A program made the translations under genes and the position numbers. The notes beneath the pieces are model-generated. The model was not told where the DNA came from and did not search any database. It saw nothing but the letters and a program-made list of their open reading frames with translations. DNA of 63,865 nucleotides, counting the filler. It is 5 parts of 5 records of this genome, joined end to end, with 100 filler letters (N's around TTAATTAATTAA, not from the genome) between each part and the next. Parts side by side here need not be neighbours in the genome. Positions count along the whole stretch, not along the records: positions 15,861 to 36,726 come from SRR20825006_1079; 4 more parts are not named here. The stretch is one strand, 5' to 3'. Shown here piece after piece: positions 20,955 to 30,943 of this stretch; position 1 is the stretch's first letter, and each line of letters starts with the position of its first letter.

Positions 20955-21314
20955 ATGGAAAAATTGACCAATAAAGAAGAAGAGATTATGCACGTTCTAT
21001 GGAAACTGGAAAAAGCTTTTGTAAAAGAAGTGCAAGCCGGTTTAGAAGATGAAAATCTTCATTACAATACCGTTTCAACTATCGTGCGTAATCTGGAAGA
21101 GAAAGGCTATGTTGACCATAAGGCCTTTGGTAAAACGCATCAATATTTTCCTATAATAAGTAGAGAGGCATATGGCAAGCGCTTTTGGAATGAAGCTACG
21201 CGACGTTTCTTTGACAGCTCTTATAAGAATATGGTTTCCTTTTTTGCCAAAGAGGAGAAAATCACAGCTGAAGAATTGCGTGAGATCTTAGAAATTATCG
21301 AAAACAAAAAATAA
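20955..21314 (+). CDS. BlaI/MecI/CopY-family repressor
   Basis: LTNKEEEIMHVLW and YNTVSTIVRNLEEKGY winged helix. Confidence 0.93.
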   Translation: MEKLTNKEEEIMHVLWKLEKAFVKEVQAGLEDENLHYNTVSTIVRNLEEKGYVDHKAFGKTHQYFPIISREAYGKRFWNEATRRFFDSSYKNMVSFFAKEEKITAEELREILEIIENKK

Positions 21315-21315
21315 T

Positions 21316-23508
21316 ATGGAACCACTTCTTTACTTATTTAAAGCAACAGCCATATTGAGTCTATTCTATCTACTTTACACGCTGCTGTTAAAGCACGAAA
21401 CCTTTTTTAAAACCAATAGACATTATCTGGTTCTGGGTATTTTGGCATCATTCATTACCCCGCTTTTAATCTTAAAACGTACAATCTATAAGCCAATGCC
21501 GGCAATGGATTTTGATCTGTTAGCCAACGCCAACTATACTACGACAGCTGCAGAAGAAGTGGCCCCGGCATTTACTTTTTGGGAAGTGGCCTTTGCGATT
21601 TACCTCTTGGGTGTCTTGATAATGCTAGGCTCTTTTATTCTAAAACTTAGCAAAGTTGTGTTCTTTTTACGTAATGCTAAAAAAACCAGTGCCGGGGGCT
21701 ATCAATTTATTCAAATTAATGGTTTAGATGCGCCGTTTTCATTCTTTAATACTATTGTGATCGATGCACGTGCACACGATCTAGAAGAGTTAGAGATGAT
21801 CTTACTGCACGAGCAAGCGCATGCTAAGCAGCATCATAGTTTAGATGTTTTATTGATACAGTTGACGTTGATTCTTCAGTGGTTTAATCCGCTTGCTTGG
21901 CTTTATAAAAGTGCAATTGTAGAAAATCTTGAATATCTGGCCGATGCTGCTACTGCCAGTCAGGTTACCAATCATAAACAGTACCAACTTGCATTGGTTA
22001 AAGTAGCTGCGCCAAAATGGGCGCCGGCCTTGACCAATTCTTTTTATCAATCATTCATCAAAAAACGAATAGTTATGTTAAACAAGCAATCATCAAGCGA
22101 ATTTAAAAAGTGGAAAATACTCCTGATCGTACCTGTCCTTGGTGCGTTTATGTGGAGTTTTAATGTGAAAGAAGAAGTGAAATATCTGACGGAAGAAACT
22201 GCGATAAGCGCTTCGTCAACACCGGTGATGTATATTTCGCCTTCAAGCAATGATGCAGATCTCGCCGCAATCGAAAGCTATTTTAATACCGAAATAGATG
22301 TTGTGGATCTACAGATCACTAATGTCAAGCGCAATACTCAAGCGCAACTTACAGGTTTTGCGATCGCAACCCGATTCAAAGGACAAGCTGATTTTAAAAG
22401 AACGCTTGAGCTAACTAAACAGGATGATCTTAACAATACATTTAGGTATGCTATAAGTTATGATAAGCAGGAAATTATCATTGTTGATGTTAATGATGGG
22501 CAGCACAAAACCGTGATCGCTAAAGATGGAGTTAAGGGATATACTTTAAGTCCGCAAGTAAAAAATAGCTTAACGACTACGGGGAAACAGAATACAATGA
22601 ATTTGCCAGAGATCATTGAAGATGCTCCTCAACCAGCACCGCAGAAAACACAAAAAGCGAGTGCTAAGCCTTTTAAAAAGATCATCACCCCAACAACGAC
22701 AGAACGTGAGATTGAAGCCATTGCGAAGGCATTGGATGCCGAGTATAATGTTGCTATGCAGTTTTCTAGACTGAAGTATAACGATGCAGGAGAAATTTCT
22801 AGAATAAAAATTGAAATTCAAGATCGGGAAACCGGTAATAAAGCTTCTGCAAGTTATAATAGAGATGGAAATGCAATCGAACCAATTGCGGTCTATCGAA
22901 GTGCTGAAGGTACTTTTGGAGTGGTCTCAGGACAAAATTCAATTGTGCAGCGCAGTGCGATGACCGCCGAAGCATTAGCTGAGCGAAAGGAAGAAATGCA
23001 AGCACGTATAAAGGAAATGGAAGCGCGCAGAGAAGAGATGCAGGCACGATTTAGTGATTCTACCGAAAGAAGAACCGAAATGAAAGCCAGAATGGAAGAA
23101 CGCCGCGTAGCGATGCAAGAGCGAATGGAAGCTCGAAAAGCTGAAATGAAAGAACGTGAAGAAGCTATGCGCAGTAAAATGAGAGCACGTATGAACTTTA
23201 AAGAGGACAGCGTTTTTATGGATAAAGAGCGTGTGATCAATGCTTCGGAGTTTAAAAATGCGACTAATAGAAAATCCCAAAACATATATTACAGGATTCG
23301 TCAACCACAAAAAGTTTCAAATGTAATTTATGTTATTGATGGGAAAGTCATGGATGAAGAAGATTTTGATTTTAAATCAATAGATGTTAAGATTATAGAT
23401 TCTATAAATATCCTTAAAGGAGACGCACCTTTTAAAAAATATAAAAGCTATGTTGATGAAGAAACTGAAGGAGTAATCGAAATTTTCACAAAGCAGAAAG
23501 AAAAATAA
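21316..23508 (+). CDS. M56 (BlaR1-like) metallopeptidase sensor
   Basis: HEQAH, QWFNP, EYLAD motifs; C-terminal YVIDG...GVIEIFTK plug-like domain. Confidence 0.9.
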   Translation: MEPLLYLFKATAILSLFYLLYTLLLKHETFFKTNRHYLVLGILASFITPLLILKRTIYKPMPAMDFDLLANANYTTTAAEEVAPAFTFWEVAFAIYLLGVLIMLGSFILKLSKVVFFLRNAKKTSAGGYQFIQINGLDAPFSFFNTIVIDARAHDLEELEMILLHEQAHAKQHHSLDVLLIQLTLILQWFNPLAWLYKSAIVENLEYLADAATASQVTNHKQYQLALVKVAAPKWAPALTNSFYQSFIKKRIVMLNKQSSSEFKKWKILLIVPVLGAFMWSFNVKEEVKYLTEETAISASSTPVMYISPSSNDADLAAIESYFNTEIDVVDLQITNVKRNTQAQLTGFAIATRFKGQADFKRTLELTKQDDLNNTFRYAISYDKQEIIIVDVNDGQHKTVIAKDGVKGYTLSPQVKNSLTTTGKQNTMNLPEIIEDAPQPAPQKTQKASAKPFKKIITPTTTEREIEAIAKALDAEYNVAMQFSRLKYNDAGEISRIKIEIQDRETGNKASASYNRDGNAIEPIAVYRSAEGTFGVVSGQNSIVQRSAMTAEALAERKEEMQARIKEMEARREEMQARFSDSTERRTEMKARMEERRVAMQERMEARKAEMKEREEAMRSKMRARMNFKEDSVFMDKERVINASEFKNATNRKSQNIYYRIRQPQKVSNVIYVIDGKVMDEEDFDFKSIDVKIIDSINILKGDAPFKKYKSYVDEETEGVIEIFTKQKEK

Positions 23509-23537
23509 TAGTCTAAACAATTTTCAATGCATTTTAG

Positions 23538-23575
23538 AATCCGGTGTGACTATCAGTTGCACCGGATTTCTTTTA
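23538..23575 (+). terminator. Intrinsic terminator
   Basis: AATCCGGTG...CACCGGATT followed by TCTTTT. Confidence 0.7.
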
Positions 23576-23906
23576 TGCGTGCGACCAAGAAATTTTACTC
23601 GAGTAAGGTGATTGAAAAAGATGAAATACAATTTTTTTAATGAAAAATGAACTTTTTAGCCCTACAGTATTTCAAAACCCTTAAAAAACAGCCTATAAAA
23701 GTTACAAGTGAATTGTACTTCGTGAATTTTAGTTAGTAATATCAACTTAATTGAAGGTGTTTTTATTTTAATTGAAAATAGAACTAATCTTTTTACTTAC
23801 AATTCTGTATTCAATTGCATTAATACTTCGCGAAAACCTTGTAGATGTGCGTTTTACTTCCGTATTTGTGGTCAGATAAATGTTTAACAATCAAAAAATC
23901 AACATT

Positions 23907-23951
23907 ATGGTCACTTTAATTTTAACAATCATTGAGACAGTTTTTGGATAA
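23907..23951 (+). CDS. Putative 14-aa hydrophobic peptide MVTLILTIIETVFG
   Basis: A-rich Bacteroidota-style initiation context (AACAATCAAAAAATCAACATT-ATG); below ORF-track cutoff. Confidence 0.35.
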   Translation: MVTLILTIIETVFG

Positions 23952-24055
23952 TCACAAATTCGTCTTAACATATTCTGTAAGCGCGCACAGAATACTGTTA
24001 AAAGCCTAAATTTGAGTATACTGATTCTTTAATTTGTTAGCATTAAAACAGCATT

Positions 24056-24208
24056 ATGAAAAAACGATTTTTTAAAACATTGGCTAAAATCAATAAGAAA
24101 GTGCTACCCAGTTTAACTAAGAAAGAAGTAGATCTTGCCAAAGCAAGCAAATTGCAATTGGCGCTTTTTGGTTACAAACTTTGGGTAACTAAAAATGCAT
24201 TAGATTAA
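24056..24208 (+). CDS. Small basic protein, 50 aa
   Basis: MKKRFFKTLAKINKKVLPS...YKLWVTKNALD; stop overlaps the convergent apt stop. Confidence 0.75.
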   Translation: MKKRFFKTLAKINKKVLPSLTKKEVDLAKASKLQLALFGYKLWVTKNALD

Positions 24209-24717
24209 TAGTGCATCAGGCTATGCAAGTGATATTGCTTTAATTTTGACCTTCCGTCAAGAAAGCCTAACTCCATTAAAAAATTGCACTGCACTACAGT
24301 TGCACCACACTGTTCTACAAGTTTACAAGCAGCGGCAGCAGTTCCGCCGGTAGCCAGCACATCGTCGTGAACCACTACATAATCTCCTGGTTGTATGGCT
24401 TCCTCTTGAATTTCAATACAATCTTCACCATATTCTAAGGCGTATTTTTGCTGAAGAATAGCACCTGGCAACTTTCCCGGCTTTCTAATAGGTACAAAGC
24501 TTACTCCCATTTTTTGCGCTAAAGCCAAGCCAAATAAAAATCCTCTACTTTCTATACCCACAATTTTTGTAACATTGATATCGTGCAAGCCTTTTGCCAA
24601 TAAATCTACAGCATAGTCGGTCGCTTTTGGAGAAGCCAGTAGCGGACAAATATCTTTAAATACGACTCCTTCTTTTGGAAAATCAGGAATGTCGTTGATG
24701 TATTTTTTTAAATTCAT
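24205..24717 (-). CDS. apt: Adenine phosphoribosyltransferase
   Basis: DFPKEGVVFKD, ESRGF, DDVLATGGT. Confidence 0.95.
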   Translation of the reverse strand: MNLKKYINDIPDFPKEGVVFKDICPLLASPKATDYAVDLLAKGLHDINVTKIVGIESRGFLFGLALAQKMGVSFVPIRKPGKLPGAILQQKYALEYGEDCIEIQEEAIQPGDYVVVHDDVLATGGTAAAACKLVEQCGATVVQCNFLMELGFLDGRSKLKQYHLHSLMHY

Positions 24718-24910
24718 TTTTTAGCGAACTAGTATTATATAATAGGAGTTTAAAGATAAGCATTCTTATACGGCTGCTTGACGTGATTAGCGAGATTAAA
24801 TGCGCTGCGCCTTGTAGTGAAGAAATAGGGTGTGCGACCTAGTAAAGTTTGTGGGAGGAGAGTTATTAGAATTAGAGCACGTACCTTTACAGAAATACTC
24901 TAAGGAACCT

Positions 24911-25303
24911 ATGGAAACAATTTTAGTAGCTCAGTTTTTTGCTGCCTTTTATGGATTTTTGGCTATCGTATTGGGGGCTTTTGGCGCTCACGCATTGAAG
25001 AAAAAATTCACTTCAGATCAAATGGCAAGCTTTGAGACCGGTGTGAAGTATCAAATGTATCACGCAATCGTATTGCTTGTTTTAAGCTTTAATTTGGGCT
25101 TCAATACACTTCATGAAGAATTGATCATCAACTGTTTTGTATTCGGTACTTTGTTGTTTTCATTTTCTATTTATGGTCTATGCATTACTGGTGCTTCAGG
25201 AAAGAAATGGCGATTTTTGGGGCCGATAACTCCTTTAGGAGGTTTGTTGTTAGCAGTGGGATGGCTGTTACTTCTGTATCACTTTATTGAAGATTTCCTA
25301 TAA
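24911..25303 (+). CDS. DUF423 membrane protein
   Basis: GAFGAH, YQMYH, FSFSIY and GPITPLGG motifs. Confidence 0.9.
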   Translation: METILVAQFFAAFYGFLAIVLGAFGAHALKKKFTSDQMASFETGVKYQMYHAIVLLVLSFNLGFNTLHEELIINCFVFGTLLFSFSIYGLCITGASGKKWRFLGPITPLGGLLLAVGWLLLLYHFIEDFL

Positions 25304-25369
25304 AAAAAAGCCTTTCAAGAGGCCTTTTCACTCGAATATCGAGATGACTATTACTTGTACCTAAAATAA

Positions 25370-25397
25370 CTGCCTCAGAAGTTTATCCTGAGGCAGG
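25370..25397. terminator. Hairpin between convergent genes
   Basis: CTGCCTCAG...CTGAGGCAG. Confidence 0.6.
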
Positions 25398-25417
25398 GTA
25401 TTAAGTAGGTTTATCTA

Positions 25418-27421
25418 TTAATTGTTATATAGATACAGCGAAGACGCTGAGGTAAGGGTATTATTTACTGAGGGAGCAATATTCCCGCTTGCGCTAAGCG
25501 CATTGCTAAACCCAAGAACGGCTCCGGTAGCAATGTCAGATACGAAAACAGTTTTGGTCTTGTGATCGTATGCTACATCAATAGGATTGTTCATAAGGGT
25601 GCTTAACCCTTCAATAATATTCTGATCTGCGATGCTAATGCTTCCGCCGTCTGCAGTAGCTTCAATTACAGCACTAAAATCTTGAATAACATTTATACCG
25701 CCATCAAGAGCACCACCGGCAGCAAGACCAATATCAGTCATGACCAGTACATCATCTGCGGCGCTGTAGGTAATTCCGTGGGTTCTTATAATTCCGCCTA
25801 TACTTACGCGCTTGGTTGGCGTTAGTGCCCCATCCATAGTATTGCTGAAGAAATCTTCAAAAATTGCCAAGTCACTTGTAGTATCTACCACTGCAAGTAA
25901 ATCGCCGCCTTTAAATGTGATTCCCCAAACCGGGAAACCTGGATCAAAGGTATTCTCAAGAGTGAAAGAGCTTCCGTTGTACGAATACACATAGAACATA
26001 TTTGCAGGATTATCTGCTACTACAACCTTGTTACCATACACGGCGATCTCTCGGGTACTGGATGTTGGTAAATCTGCAGCAAATGCTGCCGTTGCGCTAC
26101 CACCACTCATTAAGGTTGAAAAATCACTGTAGTATTGTAATTCGCCTTCCGAGCGTGATCCTAATAAAAGCGCATCATCAAATGCATTATAATAAATACC
26201 TTCAGAGCTAGCAGAAGCACTGCTGATCATACTAACCATTGCTCCTGATCCATCATAAACGGTAATGGTTCCGTCAGCAGTAGAAGTAGTATATAAACGT
26301 GTAGTTTGATTCATTGAGGACATCCCAACGTTTCCATCGGTTTCATCACTTGAGAAATAAATAGAAGATGCGGTAGCAAGATCAATTTCTAAACTCGGAC
26401 TAATATCACCACCATCGCCCCAATCTGTAAATCCTAGTATTTTACCATTACCAACTTCTGCAATGTAGATCGCTCCGGTTTCAGAATCATACGCTACATC
26501 AATAGGATTCCCCATCATTGTTGATGATCCGGCAATCCGTGTTTGCATTCCTACTGGTAAAACTTCACCATCTGAAAGTGCATCAAATTTGGTCGAAAAC
26601 TCACTGATTACGTGAAAACCACCATCATCTGTAGCATTTGAGGCAGCACCAATATCAGTCATAATCATCACATCGTTAGTACCATCATAGGTTAAACCGT
26701 GTGTACGCACGATACCTTCTATAGTTACACGTTTTGAAGGGTACATCATACCATCCATCGCATTAACGATAAAGTCTGAATAAACAGCAAGGTCGCTTGT
26801 AGTATCTACAACAGCATAAAGATCGTTTCCTTTAAAAGCAATTCCCCAAACCGGGAATGGTACTTCTACAGTATAATACAGCGCAAAACTGTTTCCTACT
26901 TTGTAATACACAAAGAATTTATTTTCACCATTATCAGCAACTACATAATAGTCACCACTAACGGCTAACTCCCTCGGACTGTTTAGATCTGTAAATGTAC
27001 TGAACGAAGCGTTAATGCTTGCAGTTCCTAAAGTACTTGTACCGGCATACGCATCAAGCATCAATCCGGAGCGTGAAGCTTGTACTAACAGGTCAGATTC
27101 TGCATCGTAGTAAATTCCTTCTGCAGCTGTTGAAGTAGTGGTGTAGGTCACAATAGAGTCGCCAGAAACACTGTATTTTGTGATATTTCCGTCAGTGTTG
27201 TTGGTTACGTAAAGGTCTGCGCGTCTTCCCGGGTTAGATGCCATTTCACAAGGCATACAAGAACCGCCACAATCAATACCGGTCTCGTCTCCATTCATAA
27301 TTCCGTCACTACAAGTGGGTTCTTCAACCACAACAGGGGTCGCGTCATCATCATTATTACAGGCTATGAGCGTGCTCACGGCTATTGCAATAATGCTAAA
27401 TTTTGTAAAAATTGTTTTCAT
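25418..27421 (-). CDS. Lipoprotein with duplicated beta-propeller-like domain
   Basis: LIAC lipobox, CSDGIMNGDETGIDCGGSC motif, two ~290-aa homologous units. Confidence 0.85.
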   Translation of the reverse strand: MKTIFTKFSIIAIAVSTLIACNNDDDATPVVVEEPTCSDGIMNGDETGIDCGGSCMPCEMASNPGRRADLYVTNNTDGNITKYSVSGDSIVTYTTTSTAAEGIYYDAESDLLVQASRSGLMLDAYAGTSTLGTASINASFSTFTDLNSPRELAVSGDYYVVADNGENKFFVYYKVGNSFALYYTVEVPFPVWGIAFKGNDLYAVVDTTSDLAVYSDFIVNAMDGMMYPSKRVTIEGIVRTHGLTYDGTNDVMIMTDIGAASNATDDGGFHVISEFSTKFDALSDGEVLPVGMQTRIAGSSTMMGNPIDVAYDSETGAIYIAEVGNGKILGFTDWGDGGDISPSLEIDLATASSIYFSSDETDGNVGMSSMNQTTRLYTTSTADGTITVYDGSGAMVSMISSASASSEGIYYNAFDDALLLGSRSEGELQYYSDFSTLMSGGSATAAFAADLPTSSTREIAVYGNKVVVADNPANMFYVYSYNGSSFTLENTFDPGFPVWGITFKGGDLLAVVDTTSDLAIFEDFFSNTMDGALTPTKRVSIGGIIRTHGITYSAADDVLVMTDIGLAAGGALDGGINVIQDFSAVIEATADGGSISIADQNIIEGLSTLMNNPIDVAYDHKTKTVFVSDIATGAVLGFSNALSASGNIAPSVNNTLTSASSLYLYNN

Positions 27422-27589
27422 AAATAGCTTAATTTGATTAGAAAAATTGAAAAATTATTAGTGTAATTCATCAATATTTACGGATGTATCAGTGCTTTAG
27501 GTTTTCTGAAAACTCACAAAATTTAGTTAAATGACTGTTAATAAAGTGGTTGTGCGCAGGCTTGGTAATTCTCCAGACAAGTGGCGGTT

Positions 27590-28552
27590 TCAAATTTTGA
27601 ATTCTGCCCACAACGGATAATGATCAGAAATCATATAGGAAAGCGAACGCTTGCTGAGGTTTCTATTACTGAGTGCAAAGGGAAGAAAATCATAATTACC
27701 CCCATTTATAAATTGCATCGTCAACTCTTTATTAGTGGAAACATCACGAAACCACGCCAGTTGATCATAATATTTTGTTTCATTAAAAATGGAGCGGGTC
27801 ACTGATGGATCTTGAAGTTGGGGTGGTACGTAAAGCCCTTCTGATAAAAAAGATTGGTCTAATAAATCACCGCGAACATTGATATTGAAGTCACCTAAAA
27901 CGATCATATCTTGGTGATAGGCATTGAGATTTGAGGTCCACTCTGCAAGCCATCCGGCAATCGCTTTGAGCTCAGGGATACGCGCAGCAGTATTCTTTCC
28001 GTATAAGATATGCGCTGTAACGAGAATAAAGGTATGCTGATTGCTTTTAAAGCTCACCGCATACGGAGTACGTGCAAACTGCTTGCGCAACGCATCACCT
28101 TCAATGGCATTTAACTGCTCTTCAGGAACAACGAGTTCGCACGCCAAGCCTGATAGTTGCACTCTGCGGGTGTCAAAAATATATGCAATACGCTCACCAT
28201 TTCCGGGTGCACCGGCAGTAACATCTGTAAGTATGAGAGACCAGTGGTTACCTAAATATTTTAAGGTATCACGCAACGCACGTAAGTTGGACTTCACTTC
28301 CTGAATAGCGATGATGTCAAAACGCTTAAGAATTTCTGCAATACATAATAGACTATGTAAATCGCGTTTAGGGCTGTCGCCATCCCCGCTATACCATTCG
28401 CGTGTTAAATTGCCAAAGTGCCTAATATTCCACGTGGCGATCAGTAAATTCTGATCAAGTTTTTTTGAAGGAATCTTAGCTGCTAAATCTGTGGTTAGCG
28501 CGTTGATATTTTGCTGAATAGCTTCGGGCGGTGTATCTGATATGTTGGGCAT
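27590..28552 (-). CDS. DNase I-like EEP family protein
   Basis: TWNIR, IQEV, RTPY, GDFN, YDQ and SDHYP motifs. Confidence 0.9.
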   Translation of the reverse strand: MPNISDTPPEAIQQNINALTTDLAAKIPSKKLDQNLLIATWNIRHFGNLTREWYSGDGDSPKRDLHSLLCIAEILKRFDIIAIQEVKSNLRALRDTLKYLGNHWSLILTDVTAGAPGNGERIAYIFDTRRVQLSGLACELVVPEEQLNAIEGDALRKQFARTPYAVSFKSNQHTFILVTAHILYGKNTAARIPELKAIAGWLAEWTSNLNAYHQDMIVLGDFNINVRGDLLDQSFLSEGLYVPPQLQDPSVTRSIFNETKYYDQLAWFRDVSTNKELTMQFINGGNYDFLPFALSNRNLSKRSLSYMISDHYPLWAEFKI

Positions 28553-28611
28553 AGTAAATAGAATTTTATCTAATTTACTAATTATCAGAGCGCTAAGGGT
28601 GTTTAAAAAGA

Positions 28612-28641
28612 AAAGCCCTGAGCACGTATGGCTCAGGGCTT
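28612..28641 (-). terminator. Intrinsic terminator downstream of thi operon
   Basis: AAGCCCTGAGC...GCTCAGGGCTT with upstream A-run. Confidence 0.7.
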
Positions 28642-28805
28642 AAAATATATAATTAACGCTAAATCTAATTTTCAAATCTGATGGCGGCTAATCCAAATAA
28701 ATAAATGAAAATCATTCTGTTAATTGTAACACTACCTAAAAGACGATGTTTTTAAGCGTACGTGACACAATTTATTTGAATTAATAATTATTTAACATCA
28801 GCGGT

Positions 28806-29459
28806 CTAGAACGGCCAGGTTCGCAAAGCCGAAGCACTATCCCAAAACATAAATTCTAATTGACTGGCAGTATAAAACGCGTGGTGCATACGCTCTTGTT
28901 GTTGTGCTGTGCAGGTAGTTGCAACACGATCGCAAGCTGCAATAGCTTGCTCAACAAGAACACTAAATTCTTCCCCGGTATAGGTGTCAATCCATTTTTG
29001 ATAGGGATTATTTTGCTGTTTTTGTTTTTCGTAGATCACGTCACCTACTTTTTTGTAGATCCAAAAGCAAGGCAACACGGCTGCCATCGCAACTTCTACT
29101 TGATCTAAGGCCGCGGTACTTTTTAAAAAGTGTGCGTAATGATGCGAGGTAGGCCCTACAGGCCCTGACTTATCAATATGGAACTCCTTAAAAAACGATT
29201 CGTGTAATGCGTTTTCTACCACAATAGCACCTTCGGCAAAACGCGTAAAGGTGAGGATGTCTTCTACGTCGTGTGCTCGGGCAGCGATTAAAGCAAGCGC
29301 CCGGCCAAAGTTTTCCAAGTAACTAGAATCTTGTAAAACGTAAAATTGAAACTGCTCTAAAGGAAGTGTGCCATCAGTTAATTGGGTGATAAACGGCATC
29401 TTTAAAATTTCAGAGTATATGCCTTCTATACGTTGCCAGCTCGCTTTACTCCAGCTCAT
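28806..29459 (-). CDS. tenA: Thiaminase II / aminopyrimidine aminohydrolase
   Basis: YVLQD, LPCFWIY, YQKWIDTY, EFMFWD; located in thi operon. Confidence 0.92.
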   Translation of the reverse strand: MSWSKASWQRIEGIYSEILKMPFITQLTDGTLPLEQFQFYVLQDSSYLENFGRALALIAARAHDVEDILTFTRFAEGAIVVENALHESFFKEFHIDKSGPVGPTSHHYAHFLKSTAALDQVEVAMAAVLPCFWIYKKVGDVIYEKQKQQNNPYQKWIDTYTGEEFSVLVEQAIAACDRVATTCTAQQQERMHHAFYTASQLEFMFWDSASALRTWPF

Positions 29460-30279
29460 ATTTGATTAATTTTTGAGGATTGAAAAAATGATTGAGAGGC
29501 CCGTTACCTTGACCAATTTTGACATCTTTAGCATGATAAATAGCTTGATGCACATAGTCCTGACCTTTAGTCACGGCTTGTAAAAGGCTATGGTTTTGAG
29601 CTAAATAAGAAGCGATCGCTGAAGAAAGCGTACATCCTGAGCCGTGCATATTTTGCGTTTCAAATTTTTCAAACTCAAATTCGTGAACGCTTTGATCCTG
29701 ATCAAAAAAGAATGAGGTCAGCAGATCAGTCTTTAAATGTCCGCCTTTTAAAAGCACAGATTTGCAACCCAGTTGAAGGATTTTGGTTCCGGCGAGCCGC
29801 ATATCATCAAGGCTTTCAACAGGCATATCAGCAAGAATAGCAGCTTCGTCCATATTGGGTGTGATCACATTGGCACGAGGGAAAAGTGATTTTACAATAC
29901 TTTTTATGGTCGCATCTTCAATAAGTTTGTGACCGCTGGTCGCGACCATCACCGGATCAAAAACAACTGGAATATCCGGATATTCATTGAGTTTAGCAGC
30001 AATAACTTCAACCAATTCTGGTGTGTGAACCATTCCTATTTTTACAGCGCAAGGCGGAATATCGTCAAAAATAGAATCCAGTTGCTCTTTTACAACCGAA
30101 GTAGGAATACTAAAAATGGACTGAACCCCCGTAGTATTCTGTACCGGAAGCGCGGTTAGTACTGTGGTGGCGTAGCAACCTAATGCCGAAATACTTTTAA
30201 GATCAGCCTGAATGCCGGCACCTCCGCTTCCGTCAAATCCGGCAATGCTTAAAACCGTAGGATATTTATAGTGCTTCAT
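29446..30279 (-). CDS. thiD: HMP/HMP-P kinase
   Basis: GGAGIQADLK, DPVMVATSG, HGSGCTLSSA. Confidence 0.95.
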   Translation of the reverse strand: MKHYKYPTVLSIAGFDGSGGAGIQADLKSISALGCYATTVLTALPVQNTTGVQSIFSIPTSVVKEQLDSIFDDIPPCAVKIGMVHTPELVEVIAAKLNEYPDIPVVFDPVMVATSGHKLIEDATIKSIVKSLFPRANVITPNMDEAAILADMPVESLDDMRLAGTKILQLGCKSVLLKGGHLKTDLLTSFFFDQDQSVHEFEFEKFETQNMHGSGCTLSSAIASYLAQNHSLLQAVTKGQDYVHQAIYHAKDVKIGQGNGPLNHFFNPQKLIKYELE

Positions 30280-30281
30280 AA

Positions 30282-30941
30282 TTAATTTGGTTTTACGGTG
30301 CGTGATTTCAGCCCTTTTTCAATCTCCAAGCGTAATTCTTTTGCAGCGCTTTTTGGATTTTTGGCAGCGCAAATCGCTGAAACTACTGCAATACAGTCCG
30401 CTCCGGCTTCAACTACTTTTTTGACGTTTGAAGCCTTCATATGACCAATGGCTACAAGCGGTTTTTGAGTGCTCGCTCTAATTTTTTCAATGCCATCTAA
30501 TCCCCAGGTTGTAACGGTGTCTGTTTTGGTAGCAGTGTCAAAAACGGGGCTTATTCCTAAATAATCTGAAGTATAGGTTTGCTCGTTATAGAGCTGCTCT
30601 AAATATTCAATAGAATAGCCTAGAATCCTGCAAGATTCCCAAGCTGTTCTTATGTTAGTTGGAGCAATATCTGAATTCCCCACGTGAATACCTGCTGCAG
30701 CGCTTTTTTGAGCAACCTCAAGATTATCGTTAATGATCAGTGGAACATTGTACGGCTGCAACACTTCTTTCAACTGCAGCGCTTTTTTTAAGAAGGCTTC
30801 GGTAGTATCGTTTTTTTCGCGTAGCTGAATAAGATCAACACCACCTTGAACTGCGGCTTCTGCAACTTCGAGAAAATTTCTGCCTTGGCATGCTTCTTCA
30901 GAAATCACTAAATAAAGACGGTATGGAAATGCACTTGCCAT
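30282..30941 (-). CDS. thiE: Thiamine-phosphate synthase
   Basis: QLREK, IIND, TATK, AVVSAI. Confidence 0.95.
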   Translation of the reverse strand: MASAFPYRLYLVISEEACQGRNFLEVAEAAVQGGVDLIQLREKNDTTEAFLKKALQLKEVLQPYNVPLIINDNLEVAQKSAAAGIHVGNSDIAPTNIRTAWESCRILGYSIEYLEQLYNEQTYTSDYLGISPVFDTATKTDTVTTWGLDGIEKIRASTQKPLVAIGHMKASNVKKVVEAGADCIAVVSAICAAKNPKSAAKELRLEIEKGLKSRTVKPN

Positions 30942-30943
30942 AC

